Below are positions 9,041-18,886 of a DNA stretch of 39,842 nt, in pieces (the first letter of the stretch is position 1; each line of letters begins with the position of its first letter). A program made the translations under genes and the position numbers. The notes beneath the pieces were generated by a model that was given only the letters and a program-made list of their open reading frames with translations, made no database searches and was not told the origin of the DNA. Source of the stretch: Candidatus Methylomirabilia bacterium (GTDB taxonomy: Bacteria > Methylomirabilota > Methylomirabilia > Rokubacteriales > CSP1-6). The stretch covers positions 1 through 39,842 of the forward strand of contig JBHIBG010000016.1 in assembly GCA_046758965.1 (NCBI GenBank). The letters run 5' to 3'.

Positions 9041-10123
9041 TCAATATGAGAATGGCCACAGACGGAAGTATACCTTGACGTTGCCCCACATCTTAGCGAG
9101 TCCTTGAGGCTCGAGGGCCAAGAAGAGGATGATCAATCCGCCGAACACCACGAGTTGGAAGTTCGCTAGGAAATCTGCTATGTCCGCGTAGGGCACCCCG
9201 AAGAGCCCTTCAGAAATGCTGACCACGCCGATGTCCAGGGCGATCGGCAGGAGCTTGATGAAGATCGCACCAAGGACGGCTCCCAGGACGCTCCCCAGCC
9301 CGCCGATGATGACCATGGCGAGGTATTCGATAGAGATCACCAGGGTGAAGTGCTCGTAGTTCGCGATCCTAAGATAGTACGTCCACAGGGCGCCGGCCAC
9401 GCCGGCGTAGAACGAGCTGACAGCGAAAGCCAGGAGCTTGTACTTGAAGACGTTGACGCCGATGATCTCGGCCGCGATATCCCGGTCGCGGACGGCGATG
9501 AATGCGCGGCCAACCCTGGATCGCACCAGGTTCATGGCCCCGAAGTAGCCGAGGAAGAAGACCGGCAACACCAGATAGTATCGCCGGAACTCATTCTTGA
9601 ACGCGAAGCCAAACAGGGTCGGGTCCTTCACGTAGATGGTGGACTGGGCACCGCCACCGATCCACGTGACGTGATTAATCGTCCACTCGATGATAAGCTG
9701 GGCCGCGAGCGTGGCGATCGCCAGGTACAGGCCCTTGATCCTGAGCGAGGGAATCCCGAAGAAGGTCCCCACAAGGGCAGCCACGGCCCCTCCCGCCACG
9801 ATACCGAACCAGAACGGCATGTCGTAGCGGCTCGAGAGGATCGCCGCAGTGTATGAGCCGACGGCCATGAAGCCCCCATGCCCCAGGGAGATCTGGCCGG
9901 TGTACCCCGTCAAGATATTGAGCCCGATGGCGCCGATTGCCGCGAGGGCGATCCCGGTGATGATGCTCATCAGATGTTCGTCCTGGGCAACCCACAGCGG
10001 GAAGGGGAGCAGGACCAGTAGGCCCACCATCCCCCAACTGGTGAGCTTGGCCAGCGGCAAGGGGTAAAGGGCCATGTCCCCTTCGTAGGTCGTTTGAAAG
10101 ACCCCTGATTCCCGGTTGATCAT
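9041..10123 (-). CDS. ABC transporter permease, LivM-like (cassette 2)
   Basis: GLNILTGYTGQISLGH, SLRIKGLYLAIATL and IIGGLGS; multiple hydrophobic helices. Confidence 0.92.
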   Translation of the reverse strand: MINRESGVFQTTYEGDMALYPLPLAKLTSWGMVGLLVLLPFPLWVAQDEHLMSIITGIALAAIGAIGLNILTGYTGQISLGHGGFMAVGSYTAAILSSRYDMPFWFGIVAGGAVAALVGTFFGIPSLRIKGLYLAIATLAAQLIIEWTINHVTWIGGGAQSTIYVKDPTLFGFAFKNEFRRYYLVLPVFFLGYFGAMNLVRSRVGRAFIAVRDRDIAAEIIGVNVFKYKLLAFAVSSFYAGVAGALWTYYLRIANYEHFTLVISIEYLAMVIIGGLGSVLGAVLGAIFIKLLPIALDIGVVSISEGLFGVPYADIADFLANFQLVVFGGLIILFLALEPQGLAKMWGNVKVYFRLWPFSY

Positions 10124-11004
10124 ACGCGCTCGATGATTTCGCGGCCGAAGAAGCCGTACGGTCTGATAAACAACACGATAATCATCAGGAGATACGGGAT
10201 AAAGTCCTTGGTTCCTCCCCCCACATAGGGATCAAGGTACCCGGCCGCCAAGCTCTCGACGGCCCCAACGATCAATCCGCCGACGATGACCCCGGCAATG
10301 CTGTCGAGCCCGCCCAGGATCACTACCGGGAAGACCTTGAGCCCAACGAGCGCCAGGAAAGTGTCCACTCCCAGCATGTTCCCCCAGATGATTCCTCCCG
10401 CCGCCGCGGCCAGGCCGGCAATCGCCCAGGAAAGCGCGAAGACCCTCCGCACGTTGATCCCCGCCGTCATCGCCGCCTGCTGGTCATCGGCCACCGCCCG
10501 CATCGCAATCCCGATCCGGCTCCGCGTGAAGAACAGGCCGAACCCGATCAGGCAGACAACGGCGGTCACCGAGGCAACCACATTGATCGGCGAGATAAAG
10601 ACGTCGCCAACTACGTACGGTTCGACTCGAACGGGAAGCGGAAGCTGTCTGGTCCCAGCCCCCCAGAAGATCGCCGCCACCCCTTGCAGCACGAAGGTCA
10701 AGCCGATGGTCACCATGATGACCGAGATCACCGGCTGACCGATCAGAGGTCGGAGGATCCCCCGCTCCAGGACGAACCCCAATGCGATCATCCCAATGAA
10801 GAGGACCGGGATCACGACCCAGAGCGGGAGCCACCCAAGCCCGAGCATGACAGCGGCGCCGTACGCCGCGAACATCATCAGGTCTCCCTGAGCGAAGTTG
10901 ATGACGCTCGTGGCCTTGTAGATCAAGACAAAGCCCAGGGCCACGAGCGCGTACATCAGCCCCACCAGGAGCCCGTTGACTGTGAGATCGAAGAAGAATT
11001 CCAT
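10120..11004 (-). CDS. ABC transporter permease, LivH-like (cassette 2)
   Basis: YALVALGFVLIYKATSVINFAQG, AMRAVADD and RPYGFFG; ATGA-type overlap with the next gene. Confidence 0.92.
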   Translation of the reverse strand: MEFFFDLTVNGLLVGLMYALVALGFVLIYKATSVINFAQGDLMMFAAYGAAVMLGLGWLPLWVVIPVLFIGMIALGFVLERGILRPLIGQPVISVIMVTIGLTFVLQGVAAIFWGAGTRQLPLPVRVEPYVVGDVFISPINVVASVTAVVCLIGFGLFFTRSRIGIAMRAVADDQQAAMTAGINVRRVFALSWAIAGLAAAAGGIIWGNMLGVDTFLALVGLKVFPVVILGGLDSIAGVIVGGLIVGAVESLAAGYLDPYVGGGTKDFIPYLLMIIVLFIRPYGFFGREIIERV

Positions 11005-11007
11005 TGC

Positions 11008-12927
11008 CTAGGCGGGAGCCATCCTGGGAACGTCTCCCATCGTTCGAATGGCGAGCTTGGTCTCGAGGGTCGCTTGGCGGCCGTCCTGATAGGTGATCAC
11101 CGCCGTCACGGGGACCTCGCCCGCGTCGGAGAAGAGCGCCTCGATGATGTTCGCGTACTTCTGGGCCACGAACCCACGACGCACCTTCCGGGTCCGCGTG
11201 ACCTCCTCGTCATCAGGATCAAGCTCTTTGTGCAGGAGCACGTAGCGCGCGATCTGCGTTGAGTCGGGGAGGTCCCGGTTCACCCGTTCGACCTCCTGCC
11301 CGATGAGGTCGTACACCTCTTGTTTCTGGGCCAGGTCCGGATAGGTCGTATAGGCGATCCGCTTGCGCTCCGCCCACTTGCCGACATTTTCCATGTCGAT
11401 GTTGATCATGGTGGCGACGAACGGGCAATCCTGCCCTACCGCCACCGCCTCTTTGACGTAGGGACTGAATTTCAGCTTGTTCTCGATGAACTGTGGCGCG
11501 AACTTGGTCCCGTCCGCCAGCGCCGTCACGTCTTTGGCCCGGTCGATGACCACCAGGTGGCCACTGGGATCGAAGAAGCCGGCATCCCCGGAGTACAGCC
11601 AGCCATCACGGACCGCTTCTGCCGAGGCTTCGGGGTTCTTGTAGTACCCCACAAACACGCACGGGCTGCGTGCGATGATCTCCCCGCGGTCCGTGAGCTT
11701 AAGCTCCACATTCGGGAAAGACCTTCCAACGGTGCCGAGGGCCACGTCCCCGTCTCGCTGGACGCACGAGACCCCGGAGATCTCCGTCTGGCCGTAGACC
11801 TGCTTGAGGTTCACCCCAAGGGCGCGGAAAAAGAGGAACACTTCGGGGCCAAGCGGCGCACCGCCGGTATAGGCCGAGCGAATCCTCCGAAACCCGAGGT
11901 GGTCACGAAGCGGACCGAAGGTGAAGAACTCGCCCAGGATGTTCATGAGCCGGAGGCGGGTCGACAAGGGCTGCTTCCCCATCCGCCGCCGGGCTACTTC
12001 GTAGCCGACGGGCATGAAGAGGTTGTAAAGCCAGCGCTTGATGCGAGAGGCGTCCTCCATCTTCACCTGCACCTGCGAGACCAGGTTCTCCCAGATCCGG
12101 GGTGGCGCGACAAGGAACTGGGGGCCGATCTCTTTGATGTCCTGCTGAACTGTCTCGGGACGCTCCGGACAGTTGACCGCGAAGCCCACGATCAGCGCCG
12201 CCGCCAGTGACCAGAACGTATCGCCAATCCAGGCAGGAGGCAGATAGGCCAGAGTCTCGTCGGTCGGCTGGTACGGTTCGACGGCCCCCAAGCCTTCAAT
12301 GGCCGCGATAAGGTTGGCGTGAGTCAGCATCGCCCCCTTGGGAGCGCCCGTGGTGCCCGAGGTATAGCTGATGAGGGCGATGTCATCCGGCCCGCCTGCC
12401 GCCACCAGCTCCTCGAACAGCCCGGAGCGCTCCCGCGCAAGCTGGTCTCCCAGCTCCTGCACCTGGACAAAACTCAACAGGATCGGGTCGCTGTAGTGCC
12501 GCATCCCTTTCGGATCGTCGTAAATGACCTTCTTGATCTTGGGGAGGCGCTCCTTCAGCGATAGCACCTTGTCCACCTGCTCCTGGTCCTCGGCCAGCAC
12601 GAACTTGGCGTCCGAATGGTCGATCACGTACTCCAGCTCCCGGGTGATGGCGTCCTGATAGAGCGGGACGGCCGTTCCCGAAACGACCTGGGCGGCGACC
12701 ATCGCCCAGTAGACCTGGGGCCGGTTGTCACTCAGGATCGCCAGCTTGTCGCCCCGGCCGAAGCCCAGCGCAACGAGCCCCAGCGCAAAGCGCTTCACCT
12801 CTTGCAGGTACTCCTGCCACGTCCACTCCTGCCAGAGCCCCCGATCCTTCTCCCGCACCGCGACACCGAGCGGCCGCTCGCGCGCATTCCTCACCAGAAC
12901 CTGTGGAAGCGTCTGCTCGGCCATCAC
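11008..12927 (-). CDS. Long-chain acyl-CoA synthetase / AMP-binding protein (cassette 2)
   Basis: YTSGTTGAPKG, YGQTE, SGDAG, IDRAKD and TRTRKVRR. Confidence 0.92.
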   Translation of the reverse strand: MMAEQTLPQVLVRNARERPLGVAVREKDRGLWQEWTWQEYLQEVKRFALGLVALGFGRGDKLAILSDNRPQVYWAMVAAQVVSGTAVPLYQDAITRELEYVIDHSDAKFVLAEDQEQVDKVLSLKERLPKIKKVIYDDPKGMRHYSDPILLSFVQVQELGDQLARERSGLFEELVAAGGPDDIALISYTSGTTGAPKGAMLTHANLIAAIEGLGAVEPYQPTDETLAYLPPAWIGDTFWSLAAALIVGFAVNCPERPETVQQDIKEIGPQFLVAPPRIWENLVSQVQVKMEDASRIKRWLYNLFMPVGYEVARRRMGKQPLSTRLRLMNILGEFFTFGPLRDHLGFRRIRSAYTGGAPLGPEVFLFFRALGVNLKQVYGQTEISGVSCVQRDGDVALGTVGRSFPNVELKLTDRGEIIARSPCVFVGYYKNPEASAEAVRDGWLYSGDAGFFDPSGHLVVIDRAKDVTALADGTKFAPQFIENKLKFSPYVKEAVAVGQDCPFVATMINIDMENVGKWAERKRIAYTTYPDLAQKQEVYDLIGQEVERVNRDLPDSTQIARYVLLHKELDPDDEEVTRTRKVRRGFVAQKYANIIEALFSDAGEVPVTAVITYQDGRQATLETKLAIRTMGDVPRMAPA

Positions 12928-12933
12928 TCCCTC

Positions 12934-13710
<777 letters not shown>

Positions 13711-13752
13711 GGACGATGAGCCTCGGGGCCCGTCACATGCGACCAGCCTCTA

Positions 13753-14571
13753 TCAGCTCAGCCAGCGCTTGCGGCGCTTGTAGTGCTTGACGTCGCGGTA
13801 GCTTTTGCGCTGGCCGACCCCCGTGAGGCCGAGGTAGAATTCTTTGATGTCTTCGTTCTCGCCGAGTGTCCCGGCATCGCCGTCTAGGACGATGCGACCG
13901 TTCTCCATCACATAGCCGTGCTGCGAGATGCGGAGCGCCATGGTGGCATTTTGCTCGGCGAGCAGGATCGCGACCTTCTCCTCCCGGTTGAGCCGGACCA
14001 CGATGTCGAAGATCTCCTCCACCAGCATCGGAGCCAGCCCCATGGAGGGCTCGTCGAGGAGCATCAGCCGCGGACGAGCCATCAGCGCCCGGCCGATTAC
14101 GACCATCTGCTGCTCGCCCCCCGACAGGTAGCCAGTCTTCACCCCGCGGCGCTCGGTCAGGCGAGGAAAGTAGTAGTAGACCCGCTCGAGATGCTGCTTG
14201 ACTGCGAATCGACCGTCGCGCCGGCTGTGAGCACCGGTCAGGAGGTCGTCCTCGACGGTCAGGTGCCCGAAGATGCGCCGGCCTTCCATGATCTGGGTCA
14301 CGCCCAGCGCCACGACGCGGGCAGCGTCCATGGCATCGATGCGCCTGCCACCAAACTCGATCGAGCCCTTGGTCACCTCCCCCCGCTCGGCGCGCAGCAG
14401 GCTTGAGATGGCCTTGAGGGTGGTGCTCTTGCCCGCCCCGTTGGCCCCGAGGAGGGCCACGATGCCCCCCCCGGGGACCTGGAGCGACACCCCTTTCAGC
14501 ACGAGGATCACGTGCTCATAGATCACCTCGATGTTGTTGACCTTGAGCAGCGGAGCCGGCGCGCTCGTCAC
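13753..14571 (-). CDS. ABC transporter ATP-binding protein, LivF-like (cassette 1)
   Basis: GANGAGKS, LSGGEQQM, LLDEP and C-terminal tail HYKRRKRWLS. Confidence 0.93.
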   Translation of the reverse strand: MTSAPAPLLKVNNIEVIYEHVILVLKGVSLQVPGGGIVALLGANGAGKSTTLKAISSLLRAERGEVTKGSIEFGGRRIDAMDAARVVALGVTQIMEGRRIFGHLTVEDDLLTGAHSRRDGRFAVKQHLERVYYYFPRLTERRGVKTGYLSGGEQQMVVIGRALMARPRLMLLDEPSMGLAPMLVEEIFDIVVRLNREEKVAILLAEQNATMALRISQHGYVMENGRIVLDGDAGTLGENEDIKEFYLGLTGVGQRKSYRDVKHYKRRKRWLS

Positions 14572-14601
14572 GAGGGTGCCTCCACGGAGCGTCGGTTGAA
14601 G

Positions 14602-15960
14602 TTAGCTCGGGCAGGTGCGCACCTTGATCTTCTTCTCAGCGGCATACTTCGCCGCTGACTTCTCCACCTCAGCCCGCACGAAATCCGTATAGGGCTTGAT
14701 CCAGTCGCTGATCCGCACCCACTGCTTACCGTCCCACTGCTGCATGAGAACCCCCACGCCGCCCTCGTGGTCCAGGCACGAGGTCTTGAAGGGCGGCACG
14801 AGCCCCGTCGCGCCGAGCTGTTTAACGCGGGCCGCGGTGATGTTCAGGTTCTCCATGCCCCACCGCATCTGCTCTCCGCTGATGACACACCCCTTCCCGC
14901 CGGGGCAGAACTTCGCCTGGGCGGTCCGCATGGCCTCCACGACCACTATGGCGAACGCCACTCCGCGGATGTGGTAGATCTGCCCGACGCGCGTCGGCGA
15001 GAGGTTCCCTTGCATTCGCCCGTAGACCTTGTCCAGAATCTCCTGGATCACGGGGAAGCCCGTGCCGACCCCGTGGAAGTTGGTGGTGATGTAGCCCTTC
15101 GCGGCCCGGCCAGCCGGGATCACGTCCTCCTCAGATCCGCACCACCACACACCGATGATCTGATCGCGCGGATAGCCCAGGCGCGCCGCCTCCTTCATCG
15201 GCACGGTGCAGGACACGCCCCAGTTCCGGTTGATGACGAAGTCGGGCTTGTACCGGCGAGCGATGTCGAGCCAGAGCGACTTCTGGTCGATCCCGGGCCA
15301 CGGCACCGGGTAGTGCTTGACCTCGAACCCGAACTTCTTGGACATCTGGTCGAGAATGAAGATCGTCTCCCGACCATACGGATGGTCCAGGTGCAAGTTG
15401 GCGATCTTCACGCCCTTGAGCTTGTGCTCGCCTCCGACCCGCTGGGCGATATAGCGGATCTTCGCTGAGCTCTGGCTCCAGTAGCTCGTCATCATCGGGA
15501 ACACGTAGGGGAAGACCCGCCCGTCAGCGGCATCCGCGCGGCCGTAACCGAGGGTGAACACCGGGATCTTATCCCGCGTCGCCCGCTCGATCAGCGCATA
15601 GGCCACCCCCGTGCTCATCGGGTTGACGTAGTGAATCCCGGTCCCCTGCTTCTTCAGCCGCTCGTAGCACTCCACACCGCGGTCTGTCTTGTACTGGGTG
15701 TCGCACTCCTCCCACCACTGCATGACCCCGTTCACGCCGCCATTGATGTTCACGAGGGTCAGGTAGTCCATGATCCCGCCTGCGATCCCTGTACCGCCGG
15801 GCGCGAAGGGACCGGTGCGGTAGATCAACACCATGTGGAACTGATCTTTTTCCGTAGGCTTCTTCACCCCGCCCCGTTGGGCGCTGGCCGGCGAGGTCAG
15901 CCACGCCGCCAACATCACCACCATGAAGACCGAGATCCAAGCCCTCTTCAAGCTGTACAT
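14602..15960 (-). CDS. ABC transporter substrate-binding protein, Liv/PBP1-type (cassette 1)
   Basis: Signal peptide ending ASA; YRTGPFAP, ECDTQYKTDRGVECYER, SYWSQ and DHEGG. Start at ATG 15960 is favoured by SD spacing; the ORF track gives 15966. Confidence 0.88.
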   Translation of the reverse strand: MYSLKRAWISVFMVVMLAAWLTSPASAQRGGVKKPTEKDQFHMVLIYRTGPFAPGGTGIAGGIMDYLTLVNINGGVNGVMQWWEECDTQYKTDRGVECYERLKKQGTGIHYVNPMSTGVAYALIERATRDKIPVFTLGYGRADAADGRVFPYVFPMMTSYWSQSSAKIRYIAQRVGGEHKLKGVKIANLHLDHPYGRETIFILDQMSKKFGFEVKHYPVPWPGIDQKSLWLDIARRYKPDFVINRNWGVSCTVPMKEAARLGYPRDQIIGVWWCGSEEDVIPAGRAAKGYITTNFHGVGTGFPVIQEILDKVYGRMQGNLSPTRVGQIYHIRGVAFAIVVVEAMRTAQAKFCPGGKGCVISGEQMRWGMENLNITAARVKQLGATGLVPPFKTSCLDHEGGVGVLMQQWDGKQWVRISDWIKPYTDFVRAEVEKSAAKYAAEKKIKVRTCPS

Positions 15961-16056
15961 AGCCATCCTCCCTTACCATTCATGTTTTACCGCCCAGTGG
16001 ATTCTCCGTCCTTCCGCCGACATTAGCACCTCCCTTCGAAGAGACTGGCCTGGTCA

Positions 16057-17124
16057 CTAGTACGGGAATGGCCACAGCAGCAGCTTCTCCTTCGCCCGTG
16101 TCCAGAGCCTCGCCAGCCCGAGTGGTTCCACGATGAGGAAAAACACGATGAGCCCCCCGAAGACCATCAGCTCCAGGACGGCGGACAGCGAGCCTTCTGA
16201 GGTTCGGAGGGCGCCGCCCGTGGCCCCGAGGAACCGGTTGATGAAGATGGGTAGCACCACAAAGAAGGTCGCCCCCAGAAACGACCCGAGGATGCTCCCC
16301 AGGCCGCCGATGATGACCATGCCGAGAAGGTTAAAGGACAGCAGCAGCTCAAACTCCGTGATCTGCACCGCCTCGAGGTGGATGAAGGCAAGCATCGACC
16401 CCGCCACCCCCGCGTAAAACGCGCTCACGGCAAAGGCGGAGAGCTTCTTTCGGAAGATGTTGATGCCGATGATCTGCGCCGCCACGTCCCGGTCTCGGAC
16501 CGCCTGCCAGGCCCGGCCGATCTCGCCCCGGACGAGGTTCTTGGCGAACAGGGTGAGCACCACCACCACGAACAGCGCCAGCCAGTACCGCCGGGCGACC
16601 GTGTTGATGGGGAACCCCAGGATGACGATCGGCGGCGTGTCCAGGGACCCCAGCACGTTGCCGCCGCTGAGCCAGGGGAAGTGGTTGATGACCCACTCGA
16701 TCGTGAACTGCGCCGCCAGGGTCGTCACCACGAGGTAGAACCCCTTGATGCGGAGCGAGGGCAGCCCGAACAGGACGCCCACGGCGGCGGCCATCAGCCC
16801 GCCCCCCAGGAAACAGAGGAGGATGTTCAGCTCGAGCCGCGAGGCGAGGTTGTAGGCCGTGTAGGCGCCGACAGCCATGAACGCGGCCTGGCCGAGCGAG
16901 ACCTGCCCGGTATACCCCGTCAGGATGTTCAGCCCGAGCGCCGCGAGCGAGTAGAAGAGCACGGGGATCAGGAGGCCGCGCAGCCAGTACTCGCCCACGA
17001 ACAAGGGCGCCGTGAAGGCCAGCACCACGAACGCCCCCATGGCCCAGCGATCCTGGACGAGGGGGAAAATCGCCTCGTCAGCGGCGTAGGTGGATCTAAA
17101 CTGACCGGTAGCGCGGTAGATCAT
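16057..17124 (-). CDS. ABC transporter permease, LivM-like (cassette 1)
   Basis: GLNILTGYTGQVSLG, SLRIKGFYL and AVRDRD. Confidence 0.92.
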   Translation of the reverse strand: MIYRATGQFRSTYAADEAIFPLVQDRWAMGAFVVLAFTAPLFVGEYWLRGLLIPVLFYSLAALGLNILTGYTGQVSLGQAAFMAVGAYTAYNLASRLELNILLCFLGGGLMAAAVGVLFGLPSLRIKGFYLVVTTLAAQFTIEWVINHFPWLSGGNVLGSLDTPPIVILGFPINTVARRYWLALFVVVVLTLFAKNLVRGEIGRAWQAVRDRDVAAQIIGINIFRKKLSAFAVSAFYAGVAGSMLAFIHLEAVQITEFELLLSFNLLGMVIIGGLGSILGSFLGATFFVVLPIFINRFLGATGGALRTSEGSLSAVLELMVFGGLIVFFLIVEPLGLARLWTRAKEKLLLWPFPY

Positions 17125-17127
17125 CCC

Positions 17128-18087
17128 CTACACCCGCTCGATGATCTCCTCGCCGAAGAGCCCATGAGGCCGGAACACGAGGAAGATAGTCGCCAGCAGG
17201 TACGGCAGGAAGGTCTCCACGCCCCGGGCCTGGACCTGGGGCCCGATCAGGATCTCGGCGGCGATGGGGATGTAGATCTCGCCGAGCTTTTCTGTCGCGC
17301 CGACGATCAGGCCGCCGAGGATCGCCCCGTTGATGCTCGTGAAGCCCCCTATGATCAGCACCGGCAGGGCCTTGAGCACGACCAGCGAGAGACTGTACTG
17401 CACGCCGAGCCGGGCGCCCCACATGACGCCCGCGATCAGCGCCACGATCCCCGCGATCGCCCAGGTGATCGTCCAGACCGTGCTCAGCGGGATCCCCGCC
17501 GACAACGCCCCCTCGTGGTCATCGAAGACCGCCCGCATCGCCCGCCCCATTCTGGTCCGCTGGAAGTAGAACACCGTGGCCAAGACCAGACCCGCCGCCA
17601 CGATGCCCGCGACCAGGTCGAGCTGGCTCACGAAGACCCCGTAGATGTCCAAGGCAAGATCCTCCAGGCCAACCTCCGCCAGGAACTGATCGAGGCCGTG
17701 GGGCTGCGTCCCCCAGAGTCCCTGGGCGAACCCCTCGATGAAGAAGTTCAAGCCGATCGTCGCCATGAACAGGATGATCCCCGACTGCGCTACCAGGGGG
17801 CGAAGCACCACACGCTCAACCGCGACAGCGAGCAGCATCATCACGATCAGGACGATCGCCAAGGCGAGCCACAACGGCACACCCCCCGCTATCACCGGCT
17901 CCGGGATCAACGGGACCCGTCCCTCCAACAGGCTCACGAAGGTCAGCCCGGCAAAGAGGACCATCGCCCCCTGGGCGAAGTTGAAGATCCCCGAGGCCTT
18001 GAAGATCAGGACGAACCCCAGGGCCACGAGCGAGTACATGGTCCCCCCCAGCAGCCCGGCGATCAGGACCTCAGCGAAGAACAGCAT
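17128..18087 (-). CDS. ABC transporter permease, LivH-like (cassette 1)
   Basis: YSLVALGFVLIFKASGIFNFAQG and RPHGLFGEEIIERV. Confidence 0.92.
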   Translation of the reverse strand: MLFFAEVLIAGLLGGTMYSLVALGFVLIFKASGIFNFAQGAMVLFAGLTFVSLLEGRVPLIPEPVIAGGVPLWLALAIVLIVMMLLAVAVERVVLRPLVAQSGIILFMATIGLNFFIEGFAQGLWGTQPHGLDQFLAEVGLEDLALDIYGVFVSQLDLVAGIVAAGLVLATVFYFQRTRMGRAMRAVFDDHEGALSAGIPLSTVWTITWAIAGIVALIAGVMWGARLGVQYSLSLVVLKALPVLIIGGFTSINGAILGGLIVGATEKLGEIYIPIAAEILIGPQVQARGVETFLPYLLATIFLVFRPHGLFGEEIIERV

Positions 18088-18886
18088 CCCGCTTCCCTTC
18101 TGTTGTCCCGAGGTAGGCTGCGATGACCTTCTGGTTCGTTTTGATCTCGGCCGGCTGCCCCTCGGCGATCTTCTGCCCGTAATCGAGCACGACCACGCGG
18201 TCGGAGATGTCCATCACCACGCCCATGTCGTGCTCGATCAGGGCGATCGTGCAGCCCAGCTGCTCGCTGGTGTCCAGGATGAAGCGGGCCATGTCCTCCT
18301 TCTCCTCGAGGTTCATGCCCGTCATCGGCTCGTCCAGGAGCAGCAGCCGCGGCTCCGCGGCCAGCGCTCGGCCCAGCTCCACCCGCTTCTGGAGGCCGTA
18401 GGGGAGCGTCCCCACAAGAACCTTCCGGATGCTCTGGATCTCCAGAAAGTCGATCACCTCCTCGACCTTCTGGCGGTGCTCGATCTCCTCTTTCTGGCCG
18501 AGCCCCCAGTAGAACCCCTGGGCGAAGAAGCCCGCGCGCATGAAAAGGTTCCGCCCCACCATGAGGTTGTCGAGCACCGTCATGCCCTTGAAGAGCGCGA
18601 CGTTCTGGAAGGTCCGGCCGATTCCGAGCGCGGCGACCCGGTGGGGTCTCAGGCGCGTCCGGTCCTGACCGTCGAAGACGATCCTCCCCTCGTAAGGGTG
18701 ATAGACCCCGCTGACGACGTTCAGCAGCGTGGTCTTCCCCGCGCCGTTCGGTCCGATGAGCGCCAGGGTCTCGCCCTCGCGCACCTCCAGGCTGACGCGA
18801 TTCAGGGCCTGGAGCGCGCCGAAGCGCACGCTGATCCCCTCAGCCACCAGCAGCGGACGGCCGTTGGAGTCCTTCCTCCCGATCAC
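18071..18886 (-). CDS. ABC transporter ATP-binding protein, LivG-like (cassette 1)
   Basis: GPNGAGKT, RTFQNVALF, LPYGLQKRVE and IEHDM. Confidence 0.93.
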   Translation of the reverse strand: MIGRKDSNGRPLLVAEGISVRFGALQALNRVSLEVREGETLALIGPNGAGKTTLLNVVSGVYHPYEGRIVFDGQDRTRLRPHRVAALGIGRTFQNVALFKGMTVLDNLMVGRNLFMRAGFFAQGFYWGLGQKEEIEHRQKVEEVIDFLEIQSIRKVLVGTLPYGLQKRVELGRALAAEPRLLLLDEPMTGMNLEEKEDMARFILDTSEQLGCTIALIEHDMGVVMDISDRVVVLDYGQKIAEGQPAEIKTNQKVIAAYLGTTEGKRDAVLR

